Shown: positions 38,149-49,142 of the stretch, piece after piece | Position numbering within the stretch: position 1 is the first letter of the stretch | How the letters are laid out: every line of letters begins with the position of its first letter | Assembly: GCA_963766735.1 (NCBI GenBank) | Contig: CAVYBU010000008.1 | Location: 64,001-128,000, forward strand | Source of the DNA: an uncultured Chloroflexia bacterium | GTDB lineage: Bacteria > Chloroflexota > Limnocylindria > Limnocylindrales > CSP1-4 | Reading direction: 5' to 3' | DNA: 64,000 nucleotides | Program-made: the position numbers and the translations under genes | The notes under the pieces: generated by a model | Databases searched by the model: none | What the model saw: only the letters and a program-made list of their open reading frames with translations | Told to the model about the DNA's origin: nothing

Positions 38149-40326
38149 CTACCCCTGGCGGCTCGCGCCGCTCACCAGCTCCTCCATCCGCTTCGCCGAG
38201 TACGACGGCCCCTCGTCCCGGGTCAGCTGCGCCAGGACGTCCATCGGCAGGTCGTTGACGATCGCCCCGTTCGGGTTGAACAGCAGGTGCTCGTCGATTG
38301 CCAGCCCGAACGCGGAGCCCTCCTTCACCGCGTAGTACAGGTTCCGCGGCGCCACGGAATCGCCCACGTTGAGGACCCGCACGCCGGCCGCCCGCAGCTC
38401 ACCGAAGAGCGCAACCTCGGGCCGGGTGTGGCAGGTCACGACGTCGTCGACCTCGATCGTGGTCCGCGCGAAGTCCTTGTCCCGGAGGACCGCGGAGCCT
38501 GCCTGGACCTCCTCCACCGTGGTGCTCGTGATCACGGTGACGGGGTGCTTGTAGGGTCGGGACGAGAGCACCTCCGCGTCACCCTGCGCAAAGCGCTTGC
38601 GCAGGACGTACATGTGGATGACCTCGCAGTCCGCTGCGAACTCCCGGTTCTCGGTCACGATCGTGACCTGCTTGCCGATGTCCGCGAGGAACGCCGCGGT
38701 ATCAGTGGCCGCATACGAATCGCCCCACAGCAGCACGCGGGCACCGAGCTTGCGCATCTTCCGCCCACCCGGGTGGCACTCGCAGGCGATCTTGGGACAG
38801 GCCATCGCCTCCTCGAAGGGCACCACGCGCGAGGCGTCACCGGCCACCTCGGGCACGTACGAGACCGCCCCCGTGGCGTTGAGCACCAGGTCGAAGCCGC
38901 GCAGCTCGTCCACCGTCGGCGCGTGGTTGAGACGGATGTCCACGTCCAGGTCGAGCAGCTGGTCCCGGATCCAGTCCAGGTACCAGCGCATCTTCTCCTT
39001 GCCCGGGACCAGGCAGACGTAGAGCATCGCCCCGCCCAGCTCCGCGTGCTTCTCGAACAGCGTGACCTGGTGCCCGCGCTCCGTGGCGATCCGGGCCGCC
39101 TCCATGCCCGCCGGCCCGCCACCGACGACCGCCACCCGCACGGGCCTGGGCGTCGGCTGCATGTCGTGGTAGGCCGGGTTCCCGCAGGCAGCGTTGATCG
39201 AGCAGGCGATCTCCTTCTTCGCCAGCAGCGACTCCTGCCAGCAGCCGCCGAGACACGAGATGCACTTGCGGATCGACTTGACCTTCCCGTACTGGGCCTT
39301 GACCGGCCAGTAGGGATCCGCCAGGAGCTGCCGGGCCAGCCCGACCAGGTCCGTCTTGCCCTCGGCCAGGATCTGCTCGCAGTACTCGGGGTCACGCAGC
39401 GAGTGGCTGGTGATGACCGGGATCCGGATCGCCTTCTTGACGGCCTCGGCGGCGTACGTCGCCCAGCCCTGGGGGTACTGCATCGGGTCGAAGCCGGCGC
39501 CGGGGCTTTCCTGCATGCCCTGGGACAGGTCCACGGCAGCGCACCCGGCCCGCTCGAGGACGCGCGCCGTCTCGACGCCCTCCTCCATCCCTCGGCCGCC
39601 CTCGCACCACTCCTCGAACGAGTAGCGGACGAGCACGGGGAAGGACTTCCCGCACTTCTTCTGGATCGAGTCGATGACCGCAAGCGGGAACCGCATCCGG
39701 TTCTCGAAGCTGCCACCGAACCGGTCGTTGCGCATGTTGAGGTACGGGCTCATGAACTCCGACAGGAGGTAGCCGTGGGCCGCGTGGAGCTCCACTGCGT
39801 CAAAGCCGGCCTGCTTCACCCGCCAGGCCGCCTCGCTGAACAGGTCAACGAGCTCCAGGATCTCGGAGATCGAGGCCTCGCGGATCTCCTTGCCCTTCTC
39901 CTCCGCGTTCTCGTAGATGATCTCGTGACCGGCTGACCACGGCAGCTTGAGGATCCGGTCCGTGGCGCCCAGGGTGTTGTAGCGGGGGATCGCGCACTGG
40001 CGCCCCGGGTGCTGGAGCTGGACCGCGCACTTCGCGCCGTAGCGGTGCATGGATTCGGCCAGGCGGGCGAGGCCCGGGACGTAGTTGTCGCCGTCGGCCA
40101 CGAGGCAGGTCACCGTGGGCCGGCCGGTCTTCATGTCGGGCGTCGTGGCACCCACGATGATGAACCCGCTGCCACCGCGTGCGATGTCGCCGTGGTGATG
40201 GATGTCGCGTTCGCTCACCTCGCCGTCCGCGTGCGAGGAGCTGATGTCCGTGGGCACGTGGACGATGCGGTTGGGGAGCTCGATGTTGCCCATCTGGAGC
40301 GGGCTGAACAGGTGCGGGAAGGCCAT
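38149..40326 (-). CDS. Multidomain NADH:flavin oxidoreductase (OYE barrel, 4Fe-4S, FAD domain; enoate reductase/DCR/BaiCD-like)
   Basis: HLFSPLQMG..LPNRIV, QLQHPGRQ, GFDAVELHAAHGYLL, NMRNDRFGGSFENRMRF, CISCLGGC-x11-C, VVGGGPAGMEAA. Confidence 0.93.
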   Translation of the reverse strand: MAFPHLFSPLQMGNIELPNRIVHVPTDISSSHADGEVSERDIHHHGDIARGGSGFIIVGATTPDMKTGRPTVTCLVADGDNYVPGLARLAESMHRYGAKCAVQLQHPGRQCAIPRYNTLGATDRILKLPWSAGHEIIYENAEEKGKEIREASISEILELVDLFSEAAWRVKQAGFDAVELHAAHGYLLSEFMSPYLNMRNDRFGGSFENRMRFPLAVIDSIQKKCGKSFPVLVRYSFEEWCEGGRGMEEGVETARVLERAGCAAVDLSQGMQESPGAGFDPMQYPQGWATYAAEAVKKAIRIPVITSHSLRDPEYCEQILAEGKTDLVGLARQLLADPYWPVKAQYGKVKSIRKCISCLGGCWQESLLAKKEIACSINAACGNPAYHDMQPTPRPVRVAVVGGGPAGMEAARIATERGHQVTLFEKHAELGGAMLYVCLVPGKEKMRWYLDWIRDQLLDLDVDIRLNHAPTVDELRGFDLVLNATGAVSYVPEVAGDASRVVPFEEAMACPKIACECHPGGRKMRKLGARVLLWGDSYAATDTAAFLADIGKQVTIVTENREFAADCEVIHMYVLRKRFAQGDAEVLSSRPYKHPVTVITSTTVEEVQAGSAVLRDKDFARTTIEVDDVVTCHTRPEVALFGELRAAGVRVLNVGDSVAPRNLYYAVKEGSAFGLAIDEHLLFNPNGAIVNDLPMDVLAQLTRDEGPSYSAKRMEELVSGASRQG

Positions 40327-40509
40327 GGCCGGATCTCTCCTGGGTGAAGGGCGGATCTCGAGGCCTTGATCGTGGTCCCGGACGGCGGATCCGGCAATGC
40401 CAGAGAGGGTCGATGAAGTGGCAGAAGCGGCTGCCCGGTCCGTGAGGAGCATCCGGATCGATCCAAACGGCCCTGTCCGATACGGCTGGCGGCCTGCGAC
40501 CGTCGGTGC

Positions 40510-41409
40510 ATGGCCGTCTATGTCTGGCAGCAGGACCTGGAGCCCGCCTTCCCGCTGGCCGTGCTCGAGTACACGGCCCGGGGAGACGCTGACCGGATGC
40601 ACTGGCACGATCACCTCGAGATCGCGGTGGTGCTCGAGGGTCGGGGCGCCTTCCTGTTCGGCCGTCGGGCGATCCCGGCGGAGGCCGGTGACATCTTCTT
40701 CATCGACAACTCGCAGCCGCACGTGGCCCTGGCGGATCCCGGGTCGTCCCTGCGCCTGCTGCTGGTGCTGTTCCGGCCGGAGCTTGTCGCCGGGCCGGGG
40801 TGCCGGGAGCTGGATCTCGGGTACCTCGCACCGTTCCGCGTGGACGAACGGGTCGCGTCGCCGCGCATCCGCGGGTGCTCACCGCTGGCGGCGGAGGTGG
40901 CACCGGTCCTGCACGAGCTGCGCGAGATGTGGGAGCGCCACGATCCGGCGGAGCGGCACCTGGCCGACGCGACGCTGCGCCGGGCCCTTGCCCTGGTCAA
41001 CCGGGAGCGGGGCGCCGGCGGGAAGGCGGCTGCTGTTCGTGCCGCCGCCGATCGCCGGGAGCAGATCCGGCCGGTTCTGGCCTACGTGGACCGCCACTGC
41101 CGCGAGAGCATCACCCTGGACGACGTGGCAGAGGTCGTCCACGTGAGCCCGTCCCGCGTCCGGCACGTGTTCAAGGACGTGACCGGCGTGAGCTTCAAGG
41201 AGTACGTGACGCAGGTCCGCGTGGCCGAGGCGAAGCGGCTCCTGCTGGGGACGGACCTCTCCGTGGCGGAGATCGCCCGCGCCGTCAGCTACACGAACCT
41301 GCACCAGTTCTACAAGGTCTTCTACCGATCCTGCGCGATGTCGCCGGGGGAGTACCGCCGCTACTACACGCCGGCCGGTGGTGAGGTCGCACCGGAACGC
41401 ATGGCCTGA
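40510..41409 (+). CDS. AraC-family transcriptional regulator (cupin plus HTH)
   Basis: HWHDHLEI cupin; ITLDDVAEVVHVSP..FKDVTGVSF..VAEIARAVSY; divergent from the oxidoreductase. Confidence 0.93.
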   Translation: MAVYVWQQDLEPAFPLAVLEYTARGDADRMHWHDHLEIAVVLEGRGAFLFGRRAIPAEAGDIFFIDNSQPHVALADPGSSLRLLLVLFRPELVAGPGCRELDLGYLAPFRVDERVASPRIRGCSPLAAEVAPVLHELREMWERHDPAERHLADATLRRALALVNRERGAGGKAAAVRAAADRREQIRPVLAYVDRHCRESITLDDVAEVVHVSPSRVRHVFKDVTGVSFKEYVTQVRVAEAKRLLLGTDLSVAEIARAVSYTNLHQFYKVFYRSCAMSPGEYRRYYTPAGGEVAPERMA

Positions 41410-41443
41410 GACCCCACCCCGGACCGCCTACCCCCCCAGCTTC

Positions 41444-43291
41444 CTAGGTCTGCAGCTCCCCGCCGAGCGTCGCGAGATGCCCGGCAAGCTCCGGCGGCAG
41501 CCGATCGCCGAAACGCGCGTAGTGCTCCTGGATCTGCGACAGCTCCGCAGCGATCGCGGGGCCGTCCACGCGCAGCAGCTCTGCGAGATCCTCTTCCGCG
41601 ATGTCCAGCCCGGTCGTGTCCAGGTCGGCCGGAGCCGGCAGCAGGCCGATCGGCGTGCGCTCCGCCTCCACCTCGCCGTCGCAGCGTCGGAACATCCACT
41701 CGATGACCCGGCTGTTCTCGCCGAAGCCGGGCCACAGCCAGCGCCCGTCGGCGCCGCGGCGGAACCAGTTGACGTAGAAGATCCGCGGCAGCTTGTCGGG
41801 CGTGGTCGCGCGCCCGACATCCAGCCAGTGCGCCCAGTAGTCGGCCATGTTGTAGCCGCAGAACGGGAGCATGGCGAACGGGTCGAAGCGCAGCTTGCCG
41901 ACCTCGCCGAACGCCGCGGCGGTGGTTTCCGAGCTCATGATCGAGCCCATGAACACGCCGTGCGACCAGTCGAAGGCCTCTCGCACGAGCGGCACGACGC
42001 CTGCGCGGCGGCCGCCGAACATGATGCCGTCGATCGGGACCCCGGCCGGGTCCTCCCACTCGTCGGCGATGGCCGGGTCCTGCCGTGCAGGAGCCGTGAA
42101 CCGGGAGTTGGGGTGGGCGGCCGGGCGTCCGGCGTCCGGCGTCCAGTCGCGCCCGGTCCAGTCGATCAGGTGCGCCGGCGGTGTCTCGGTCAGGCCCTCC
42201 CACCACACGTCGCCATCGTCGGTGAGGCCGACGTTGGTGTAGATGCAGTTCGCATCCAGGGTGCGGATGGCGTTGTAGTTCGTCTTCTCGCTGGTGCCGG
42301 GCGCGACGCCGAAGAACCCGGCCTCCGGGTTGATGGCGTACAGGCGCCCGTCGTCCCCGTAGCGCATCCAGCAGATGTCATCGCCGACCGTCTCGACCTT
42401 CCAGCCGGGCAGGGTTGGCACCAGCATCGCGAGGTTGGTCTTGCCGCACGCGGACGGGAAGGCGCCGGCAAAGTACTTGCGGCGGCCGTCCGGCGCGGTG
42501 ACCTTGATGATCAGCATGTGCTCGGCCAGCCAGCCCTCATCGCGGGCGATCGCGGACGCGATCCGGAGCGCGTAGCACTTCTTGCCCAGCAGGGCATTGC
42601 CGCCGTACCCGGATCCGTACGACCAGATCTCACGGGTATCGGGGAAGTGGACGATGTACTTGGTCTCCGCGTCGCACGGCCAGGGCACGTCCTGATCGCC
42701 CGGCCCGAGCGGGGCACCGACGGAGTGGAGGCAGGGAACGAAGTCACCGGCGGCCCGGATCACGTCCAGCGCCGGAGCGCCCATCCGGGTCATGATCCTC
42801 ATGTTGACCACGACATAGGCGGAGTCCGTGATCTGCACGCCCAGGCGGCTGATCCGGGAGCCCAGCGGGCCCATCGAGAACGGGATCACGTACATGGTCC
42901 GGCCGCGCATGGATCCGCGGAACAGGTCGGTGAGGGTGGCCCGCATCTCGTCGGGGTCGCGCCAGTTGTTGGTGGGGCCGGCATCGGCCGCTTCACGCGA
43001 GCAGATGTAGGTGCGGTCCTCGACGCGGGCGACATCGCTCGGGTCGGAACGCGCCAGGAAGCTGTTCGGACGCTTTTCGGGATCGAGCTTCGTGAACGTG
43101 CCAGCCTCGACGAGCTCGCCGCACAGCGCGGCGTACTCCTCGTCGGTGCCGTCGCACCAGTGCACACGATCCGGCATTGCCAGGGCGGCGATCTCGTCCA
43201 CCCAGCGGACGAGCTCCGGCATCCCGTCGGGTCGGCTCATCCCCATGTATCCGGCGCCGGTTGGAAGGGCGCCTGTATCGACTGCGCTCAC
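41444..43291 (-). CDS. pckG: Phosphoenolpyruvate carboxykinase (GTP)
   Basis: [64 protein letters not shown]. Confidence 0.97.
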   Translation of the reverse strand: MSAVDTGALPTGAGYMGMSRPDGMPELVRWVDEIAALAMPDRVHWCDGTDEEYAALCGELVEAGTFTKLDPEKRPNSFLARSDPSDVARVEDRTYICSREAADAGPTNNWRDPDEMRATLTDLFRGSMRGRTMYVIPFSMGPLGSRISRLGVQITDSAYVVVNMRIMTRMGAPALDVIRAAGDFVPCLHSVGAPLGPGDQDVPWPCDAETKYIVHFPDTREIWSYGSGYGGNALLGKKCYALRIASAIARDEGWLAEHMLIIKVTAPDGRRKYFAGAFPSACGKTNLAMLVPTLPGWKVETVGDDICWMRYGDDGRLYAINPEAGFFGVAPGTSEKTNYNAIRTLDANCIYTNVGLTDDGDVWWEGLTETPPAHLIDWTGRDWTPDAGRPAAHPNSRFTAPARQDPAIADEWEDPAGVPIDGIMFGGRRAGVVPLVREAFDWSHGVFMGSIMSSETTAAAFGEVGKLRFDPFAMLPFCGYNMADYWAHWLDVGRATTPDKLPRIFYVNWFRRGADGRWLWPGFGENSRVIEWMFRRCDGEVEAERTPIGLLPAPADLDTTGLDIAEEDLAELLRVDGPAIAAELSQIQEHYARFGDRLPPELAGHLATLGGELQT

Positions 43292-43545
43292 TGTTGCCTC
43301 CGCATGGCCCCGAGGCTAGGCATGGCATCTATCGGGGCCGCTATGAGCACCCTACGCGGCCGCCGTGACGATGAGCGGGGCCGACCCGCCCTCGGCTGCA
43401 GGCCGAGACGCCCAATTCTGCCCCTGCTCGAGTGGGAAGAAGGGCGGGCAATCGACGATAATCGTCCGGCCTGCTCCCGTCGCGACAGTCTCAAACGCCG
43501 GGTGACCGGCCCCTCGCACCCCCCACAGGGAGGGCGGAACGCCCG

Positions 43546-43944
43546 ATGGATCTCGAGACGCTGGCGAGAGGCAGGTACCTGTCGCTGACAACATTCCGGA
43601 GGGACGGCACACCCGTCGCCACCCCGGTCTGGCTGGCCCGCCAGGGCGACGAGCTGGTGGTCTTCACTGCGAAGTCCGCGGGCAAGGCCAAGCGGCTCCG
43701 GAACGGCGACAGGGTCCTGCTTGCCCCGTGCGACATGCGGGGCCGCGTCACCGGCGATGCCGTCGAGGGCACGGCGCGCCTGCAGGACGAAGCCGAGACG
43801 GCAGCCACCATCGGTCTCATCCGACGGCGCTATGGCGTGCTGGGTCGCCTCCTGTTCTGGTGGGAGGGCCGTCGTTCTCGGAACCTGGAGGCCAGCCCTC
43901 AGATCGGGATCGCGATCCGCCTGGGCGTCCCCGGACCGGGCTGA
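43546..43944 (+). CDS. PPOX-class F420-dependent oxidoreductase (Rv2061-like)
   Basis: YLSLTTFRRDGTPVATPVW, GKAKRLRN, APCDMRG. Confidence 0.9.
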   Translation: MDLETLARGRYLSLTTFRRDGTPVATPVWLARQGDELVVFTAKSAGKAKRLRNGDRVLLAPCDMRGRVTGDAVEGTARLQDEAETAATIGLIRRRYGVLGRLLFWWEGRRSRNLEASPQIGIAIRLGVPGPG

Positions 43945-43954
43945 GCAAGCGCCG

Positions 43955-45406
43955 TCACCTTGCGATGGCCCCCGGGCGCCAGCCCGGCGACGCCCACCAC
44001 CCGGATGCTGCCTCCAGTGCCCCGGCCACGTCGAACACGGTCGCATCGTCGTACGGTCGGCCCACGACCTGGACGCCGGTCGGGACCCCGTTCGAGGCGA
44101 TTCCGCTCGGCACGGCCAGCACCGGCCGACGGCTCAGGAGGTTGAACAGCGGCGTGAGCGCGGCCTGCAGGTAGAAGTCAAGCTCCACGCCGCCCACGGT
44201 GACCCTGGTCTCGGTGTAATCGTCGTCGGCGGCGTAGCCGATCGTCGCCATCGTGGGGCAGACGAACGCCAGGTAGGGTGCGAGCACGTCTGTGACGGCG
44301 GCGTCGATCTCCGATTCCAGCTTGAGGCCGCCGTAGAAGCCCACCTCGGCGAACCCGGCGTCCGCCTTGTCGCGGAAGGCCCGGACGTAGGGCGTCAGCC
44401 GCTCGTCCTGCCCGGCGGCCACCTCGTCCACGCTGGGGCCCATGATCGCGCCGTAGTGTGCGAACGCCGCCCGGAACAGCATCTCCATCGAGATCGGGAT
44501 CTCGACCTCCTCGACGATCGCACCGAGATCGGCCAGCGTGGACGCGACCCGAGCCGTTGCCGCGGCCACCTCCGGGTCAACCGGGGCATCGCCGAGGGTG
44601 CGAGCCCAGGCGATCCGTCGGCCGGCGATGCGCCCGGGGCTGCCGTCCACGGTGATTGGTCCCGGGAACGGGAGGCTGGCCTGGTCGATCGGGTGCTGCC
44701 CCGCGATGACGTTGTGGAGCAGCGCGACGTCGGCCACGCTCCGGCCCATCGGGCCGTCGTGGCAATAGGCGTCCAGGTTGAACGGCGGTAGCGCGGGGAC
44801 CCGGCCGTAGGGCGGCTTGTAGCCCACCACGCCGCAGAGCGAGGCCGGGATCCGGATCGAGCCGCCGATGTCCGATCCGGTCGCGAGCGTCGCGGTGCCG
44901 GACGCCAGCGCAGCCCCGGAGCCGCCCGAGGAACCGCCGGGCGTGCACTCGGTGTTCCACGGGTTGCGGGTGACGCCCCACAGCGGCGTGTGCGTGAAGC
45001 CGGCGGAGCTGAACTCGGGGGTCGCCGTGCGCGCGTGGACCACGCCTCCGGCGGCGACGATGCGCTCGATAACGGGATGCGTGACGTCGGCGACGTAGCC
45101 GTCCATGAGGTGCGAGCCCAGCTGTAGAGGCTCACCCTCGATGGCCTGCTCCTCCTTGACGCCGACCGGCAGTCCCTCGAGCGCCCGTGGCTCGCCGCCG
45201 CCCCGGCCGAGGTAGCGTGCCTCCGCCTCGCGAGCGGCCGCCAGGGCCGTGTCACGCCGGATGGTCGTCAGCGCGTTGATGGCTGGTTCGACCAGCTCAG
45301 CCCGCCGGAGAACGGCATCCAGCAGCTCGACCGGGCTCAGCTCCCGCGATCGGAAGGCCGCCAGGGCGTCACCGGCGCTCAGGTAGGGGAGATCGACGCC
45401 GCTCAT
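43955..45406 (-). CDS. Amidase-signature family amidase
   Basis: GLPVGVKE, TRNPWN..TPGGSSGGSGAA, GSDIGGSIRIPAS. Confidence 0.93.
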   Translation of the reverse strand: MSGVDLPYLSAGDALAAFRSRELSPVELLDAVLRRAELVEPAINALTTIRRDTALAAAREAEARYLGRGGGEPRALEGLPVGVKEEQAIEGEPLQLGSHLMDGYVADVTHPVIERIVAAGGVVHARTATPEFSSAGFTHTPLWGVTRNPWNTECTPGGSSGGSGAALASGTATLATGSDIGGSIRIPASLCGVVGYKPPYGRVPALPPFNLDAYCHDGPMGRSVADVALLHNVIAGQHPIDQASLPFPGPITVDGSPGRIAGRRIAWARTLGDAPVDPEVAAATARVASTLADLGAIVEEVEIPISMEMLFRAAFAHYGAIMGPSVDEVAAGQDERLTPYVRAFRDKADAGFAEVGFYGGLKLESEIDAAVTDVLAPYLAFVCPTMATIGYAADDDYTETRVTVGGVELDFYLQAALTPLFNLLSRRPVLAVPSGIASNGVPTGVQVVGRPYDDATVFDVAGALEAASGWWASPGWRPGAIAR

Positions 45407-46506
45407 CGGGTCGTGCCGTCGGGCGCGGTCTCCACGCTCCCCGCTGGTGGCTCGACCTTGTTGCGAAGCAGGGCCGCGAACCCTCGAGATGACGGGAACG
45501 CCTCCATGACCATGACCAGCCCGACGGTCAGCGGCACCGCCAGGAGCGCCCCGCCGGCGCCCAGGATCCACGCCCATACGAGCACCGAGAGGAAGACGAC
45601 CAGCGGGCTCAGGTTGAGCTCGTTGCCCATCATGACCGGCTGGAGGAAGTGATCCTGGGCGAAGTTGATGAGCGTGTACCCGACCACGACCGCCACCGCC
45701 GTCCCGACCCCACCCTCGAGGAACGCGAGGATCGTCGGCGGGATGACCGCGATGAACGTGCCCACGTTGGGGATGAAGCTGGCGGCGAAGACGAGGAACG
45801 CCCAGAGACCCGGCAGCGGCACGCCGAGGACGATGAGGAGCACCAGCACGAACACCGCGGCGAACAGCCCCAGTTGCGCACGGACGAGGAGGTATCGACG
45901 CAGGTCGGTCCCGAACTGCTCGGCGCCCGCCAGGAGGGGATGCCCCTCGCCGAACGCTGCTGCCGCTCGTGCGTGGAGGCCGGCCGCCCCGAAGAGCGCG
46001 TAGATCATCGTGAAGGCGAGGATGAAGAGCCCCAGGCCGGCGCCGGAGACGGCGGATCCGACCGGCCGGATGAGGGACGTGAGCATCTCCGGAGAGATGA
46101 TCGCCGTGATCGCCCCCACATCGGTGGCGATCCCGACCTGTGCGAGCAGGTCGCGGAAGGCGGCAATCTGGTCACGCAGGCGGCTCTCGTACTTGGGCAC
46201 CTGGATGACCAGCTCGCCAATCGAGATGGCGATGATCGCCACGGCCGCCAGGACGACCGCGAGGATCGTCAGCATCGCGACGGCGAGGGCCACCGAGCGC
46301 CGGGCGCCCCGCCGCTCCAGCTTGCCGACCAGCGGCCACGCGACCAGTGCGATGAACAGCCCGAACAGCACGGGGACCAGGAGCGATGCCACCTCGCGCA
46401 GGGCGAGGGCCGCCACGAGCACGAGCACAAACCCGGCCAGAGCCCCGAGCGGGCCGGCCAGCGGGCCGCCCGGCCGCCCCCGATCATCCGTGCGCGCTTC
46501 CGACAT
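45403..46506 (-). CDS. AI-2E (PerM/TqsA) family transporter
   Basis: SFIPNVG, QPVMMGNELNLSPLVVFLSVLVWAWILGAGGALLAVPLT. Confidence 0.9.
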   Translation of the reverse strand: MSEARTDDRGRPGGPLAGPLGALAGFVLVLVAALALREVASLLVPVLFGLFIALVAWPLVGKLERRGARRSVALAVAMLTILAVVLAAVAIIAISIGELVIQVPKYESRLRDQIAAFRDLLAQVGIATDVGAITAIISPEMLTSLIRPVGSAVSGAGLGLFILAFTMIYALFGAAGLHARAAAAFGEGHPLLAGAEQFGTDLRRYLLVRAQLGLFAAVFVLVLLIVLGVPLPGLWAFLVFAASFIPNVGTFIAVIPPTILAFLEGGVGTAVAVVVGYTLINFAQDHFLQPVMMGNELNLSPLVVFLSVLVWAWILGAGGALLAVPLTVGLVMVMEAFPSSRGFAALLRNKVEPPAGSVETAPDGTTR

Positions 46507-46729
46507 CTCGACCCTCCGCCGGCTGGCCACCACGGGCTCGCCTCCGGCGAACGTGACGCGGTGCACGGGCGATGATCGCACCAACGCGGGGTGGACGGTG
46601 CGCTGAACGGTGCCGTTCCATGTGCCGACGGCATCGCTGGCGCGCGCGTACCCTTGCCCCGCTACCGGGACCGTCCTCCGGGCCTGTCGCGAACGGGCGT
46701 GATCCCGGCACACCGTCGAAAGGGACCGC

Positions 46730-47521
46730 ATGACGCCGTCGTCTCCAGCGCCGCGGCTGGCCCGCCTCAACGTGGCACCCGTGAAGAGCATGGGGCTCCT
46801 GCACCCCGAGAGCGTGCAGCTGACGGCGACCGGCATCCCCTCGAACCGTCGTTTCCACCTCGTGAACGAGGCAGGACGCCTGTTCACGGGCGCCGATCAC
46901 GGGCCGCTGGTCCGCGTCCGATCGTCGTTTGACCCCGATGCGGAGACGCTGAGTATCGCCTTCCCGGACGGGTCCGTGGCCACCTCTGCAGCGAACCTGC
47001 TGGGTGCCCCGCACGTGACGGATGTCTGGGGCAGGCCGGTTCCCGGACACTTCCTCCTGGGTCCGCTCGCCGATGCCATCGGTGCGTTCGTGGGCCAGCC
47101 GCTGCAGCTGGTCCGCGCCGATCTCGAGGGCGACGGTTCGGATGTCCACCGGCTGTCGCTCATCTCCCTGGCCTCGGTCCGCGACCTTGGTGCCCGCAGC
47201 GACCGCCCGGATCTCGATCCGCGGCGGTTCCGGATCGACCTGGAGCTCGATGGTTGCGACCCGTTCGAAGAGGACACGTGGGACGGCCTGGCGGTTCGCA
47301 TCGGCGAGGCCGTCGTCCGGGTCTTCGGGCCGATCCCGCGCTGCGTGGTCACGACCCAGGATCCGGCAACCGGCGTGAAGGACTTCGACACGCTCAAACG
47401 CATCGCCGAGTACCGGCCGCTGATGCAACGCCCGAAGGGCGTTCCGTTCGGCATGTACGCGGAGGTTCAGCAGCCGGGGAGGATCGCCGTCGGGGACCCG
47501 GTGGAGCCTCTCGGGCGCTGA
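46730..47521 (+). CDS. MOSC-domain protein (YcbX/mARC-like)
   Basis: PVKSM, RRFRIDL, FEEDTW, PRCVVTT.DP.TG, FGMYAEV..PGRIAVGD. Confidence 0.9.
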   Translation: MTPSSPAPRLARLNVAPVKSMGLLHPESVQLTATGIPSNRRFHLVNEAGRLFTGADHGPLVRVRSSFDPDAETLSIAFPDGSVATSAANLLGAPHVTDVWGRPVPGHFLLGPLADAIGAFVGQPLQLVRADLEGDGSDVHRLSLISLASVRDLGARSDRPDLDPRRFRIDLELDGCDPFEEDTWDGLAVRIGEAVVRVFGPIPRCVVTTQDPATGVKDFDTLKRIAEYRPLMQRPKGVPFGMYAEVQQPGRIAVGDPVEPLGR

Positions 47522-47624
47522 CCCGGCCATCTCGAGCCTCGCCCAGGCCCTGTCCCGGTCACACTCCCGGGCCATCCGGAGCGGCCCCGCCCTGTCTGCA
47601 ACTCAGCGCTGGCGTAGCGCCGGC

Positions 47625-48737
47625 TCAGGTCGGCCGTCGGCCGCGGCGGCCCCGCCGTCGACGAGCCAGCTCGCCAATCGCACTCGCGGCCGAGACGCCG
47701 ACGAACAGCAGGATCGCCACCACGTTGAGCAGGCCGCCGAGCTCCCACGCCCGGGGGAGCCCCAGCACATCCCCGCCAATGATCCTGATGAGCAGCCCGG
47801 CGTGCAGCAGGGCGAGGTGTCCGTAGAAGACCGGCGTGTACGGAAGCGGCACCCGCAGCACCGCCGGCACGATCACCGGCGCGTGTCCGAAGACCATCGA
47901 GATCACGAACCCCAGGAACAGCGCGTGGAGACGCACGTCGTAGGCGCCGCCGCCGTCGGTGCCCGTGACCAGCCATGCGGCGCCGGCCACGGCCAGCCAG
48001 GCGTAGCCCGTGAGCAGCGACAGAGCGATGAAGCGGGTCACGCCGGGCATGCGGACCGTGCGCCGCGCCAGATCGTTCCTCGCCAGCCAGGCCGCGAGCG
48101 CCAGGAGCCCGATGCCGCCAACCCGCGTCCCGGCATCGGGAACCGCCAGCGATCCGGTGACCCCGGCGACGAAGATCCACGCAGCCACGATGAACTGGCG
48201 TCGCTTGAGCAGGGTGAGCTGGCCGAGGCGCGCGAGCTCGAGGCGTTCCCCCGCGATGGTCAGGACGAGGAACGCGGCGAGCCACGGCAGCGCGTCCGAC
48301 ACGGGCCGCCCCACCGCCAGTAGCAGCGCGGCCACGGGCCACGCCCCGGCTCCTGCGGCCTGGATCCCCAGGTGCAGGGACCGCTCGCGGGTCGCGAAGG
48401 CGGCGTACGTCCCGACCAGAAACACGCCCCCTGCCACCAGGAGCCATGCGGCCGGAGCCGGTGGAAGACCGAGCACGATGGCGAGCGCACCCACGCCCGT
48501 TGCCAGCGGCGCGGCGTAGCCCAGCGGCCGGCCGAGCGCCACCGCACGCTCCAGCGCGATGACGGTCCCCAGGAAACCGAGCGTCATGAGCCGCCCGTGT
48601 CCCGCCGCGAGGCGCCCGGCATCGACGGGCATCAGCGTTCCCAGGAGCACGAGCGCGCCGGCGAGGCCCGCCAGGAGCGCGATCCCGCCCATCGCCAGCA
48701 GGACGAATCGGCCGCTGGGCGCGTGGGCCGCCTGCAC
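47625..48737 (-). CDS. Multi-TM membrane protein with intramembrane His (NnrS-like)
   Basis: HGRLMTLGFLGTVIALERAVAL, TIAGERLEL, LHALFLGFVISMVFGHAP; about 12 TMs; 2 nt downstream of DUF59. Confidence 0.7.
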   Translation of the reverse strand: MQAAHAPSGRFVLLAMGGIALLAGLAGALVLLGTLMPVDAGRLAAGHGRLMTLGFLGTVIALERAVALGRPLGYAAPLATGVGALAIVLGLPPAPAAWLLVAGGVFLVGTYAAFATRERSLHLGIQAAGAGAWPVAALLLAVGRPVSDALPWLAAFLVLTIAGERLELARLGQLTLLKRRQFIVAAWIFVAGVTGSLAVPDAGTRVGGIGLLALAAWLARNDLARRTVRMPGVTRFIALSLLTGYAWLAVAGAAWLVTGTDGGGAYDVRLHALFLGFVISMVFGHAPVIVPAVLRVPLPYTPVFYGHLALLHAGLLIRIIGGDVLGLPRAWELGGLLNVVAILLFVGVSAASAIGELARRRRGRRGRRPT

Positions 48738-48739
48738 GG

Positions 48740-49081
48740 TCAGGCCTGCCAGCCCAGCGCGATCCGCGCCGCGGGCGTCATCAGCTGCGGCGACCACGCC
48801 GGCTCGTGGGTGACCTCCACCTCGACGTCCACCACGCCGGGGATCTCCAGGAGCGCCCACCGGACCTGGTCCTCGAGGTAGGAGCCTATGGGGCAGGCGG
48901 GCGATGTCGTGGTCATCAGGACGTGCGCGACTCCGGCGTGCACGTCACTCTCGTACACGAGTCCCAGGTCGACGATGTTGAGGCCGAGCTCCGGGTCCAT
49001 GACGGTACGGAGGTGCTCGAGCAGGGCATCGTCGTCCACGGCCGGGAGCAGGCGGGAGAGATCGACCGCTGGTTGATCCAT
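48740..49081 (-). CDS. Metal-sulfur cluster assembly factor (DUF59/SufT/PaaD-like)
   Basis: VMDPELGLNIVDLGLVY, TTTSPACP, EPAWSP. Confidence 0.93.
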   Translation of the reverse strand: MDQPAVDLSRLLPAVDDDALLEHLRTVMDPELGLNIVDLGLVYESDVHAGVAHVLMTTTSPACPIGSYLEDQVRWALLEIPGVVDVEVEVTHEPAWSPQLMTPAARIALGWQA

Positions 49082-49107
49082 AATGTTGACTAGATTACTA
49101 TGAATTA
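49081..49107. promoter_or_regulatory. AT-rich imperfect palindrome resembling an Rrf2/IscR-type operator
   Basis: TAATGTTGACTAGATTACTATGAATTA between divergent DUF59 and cupin genes in a GC-rich background. Confidence 0.55.
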
Positions 49108-49142
49108 GGTCCCGACCGGAACCAGCTCGTCAAGGAGACGCC

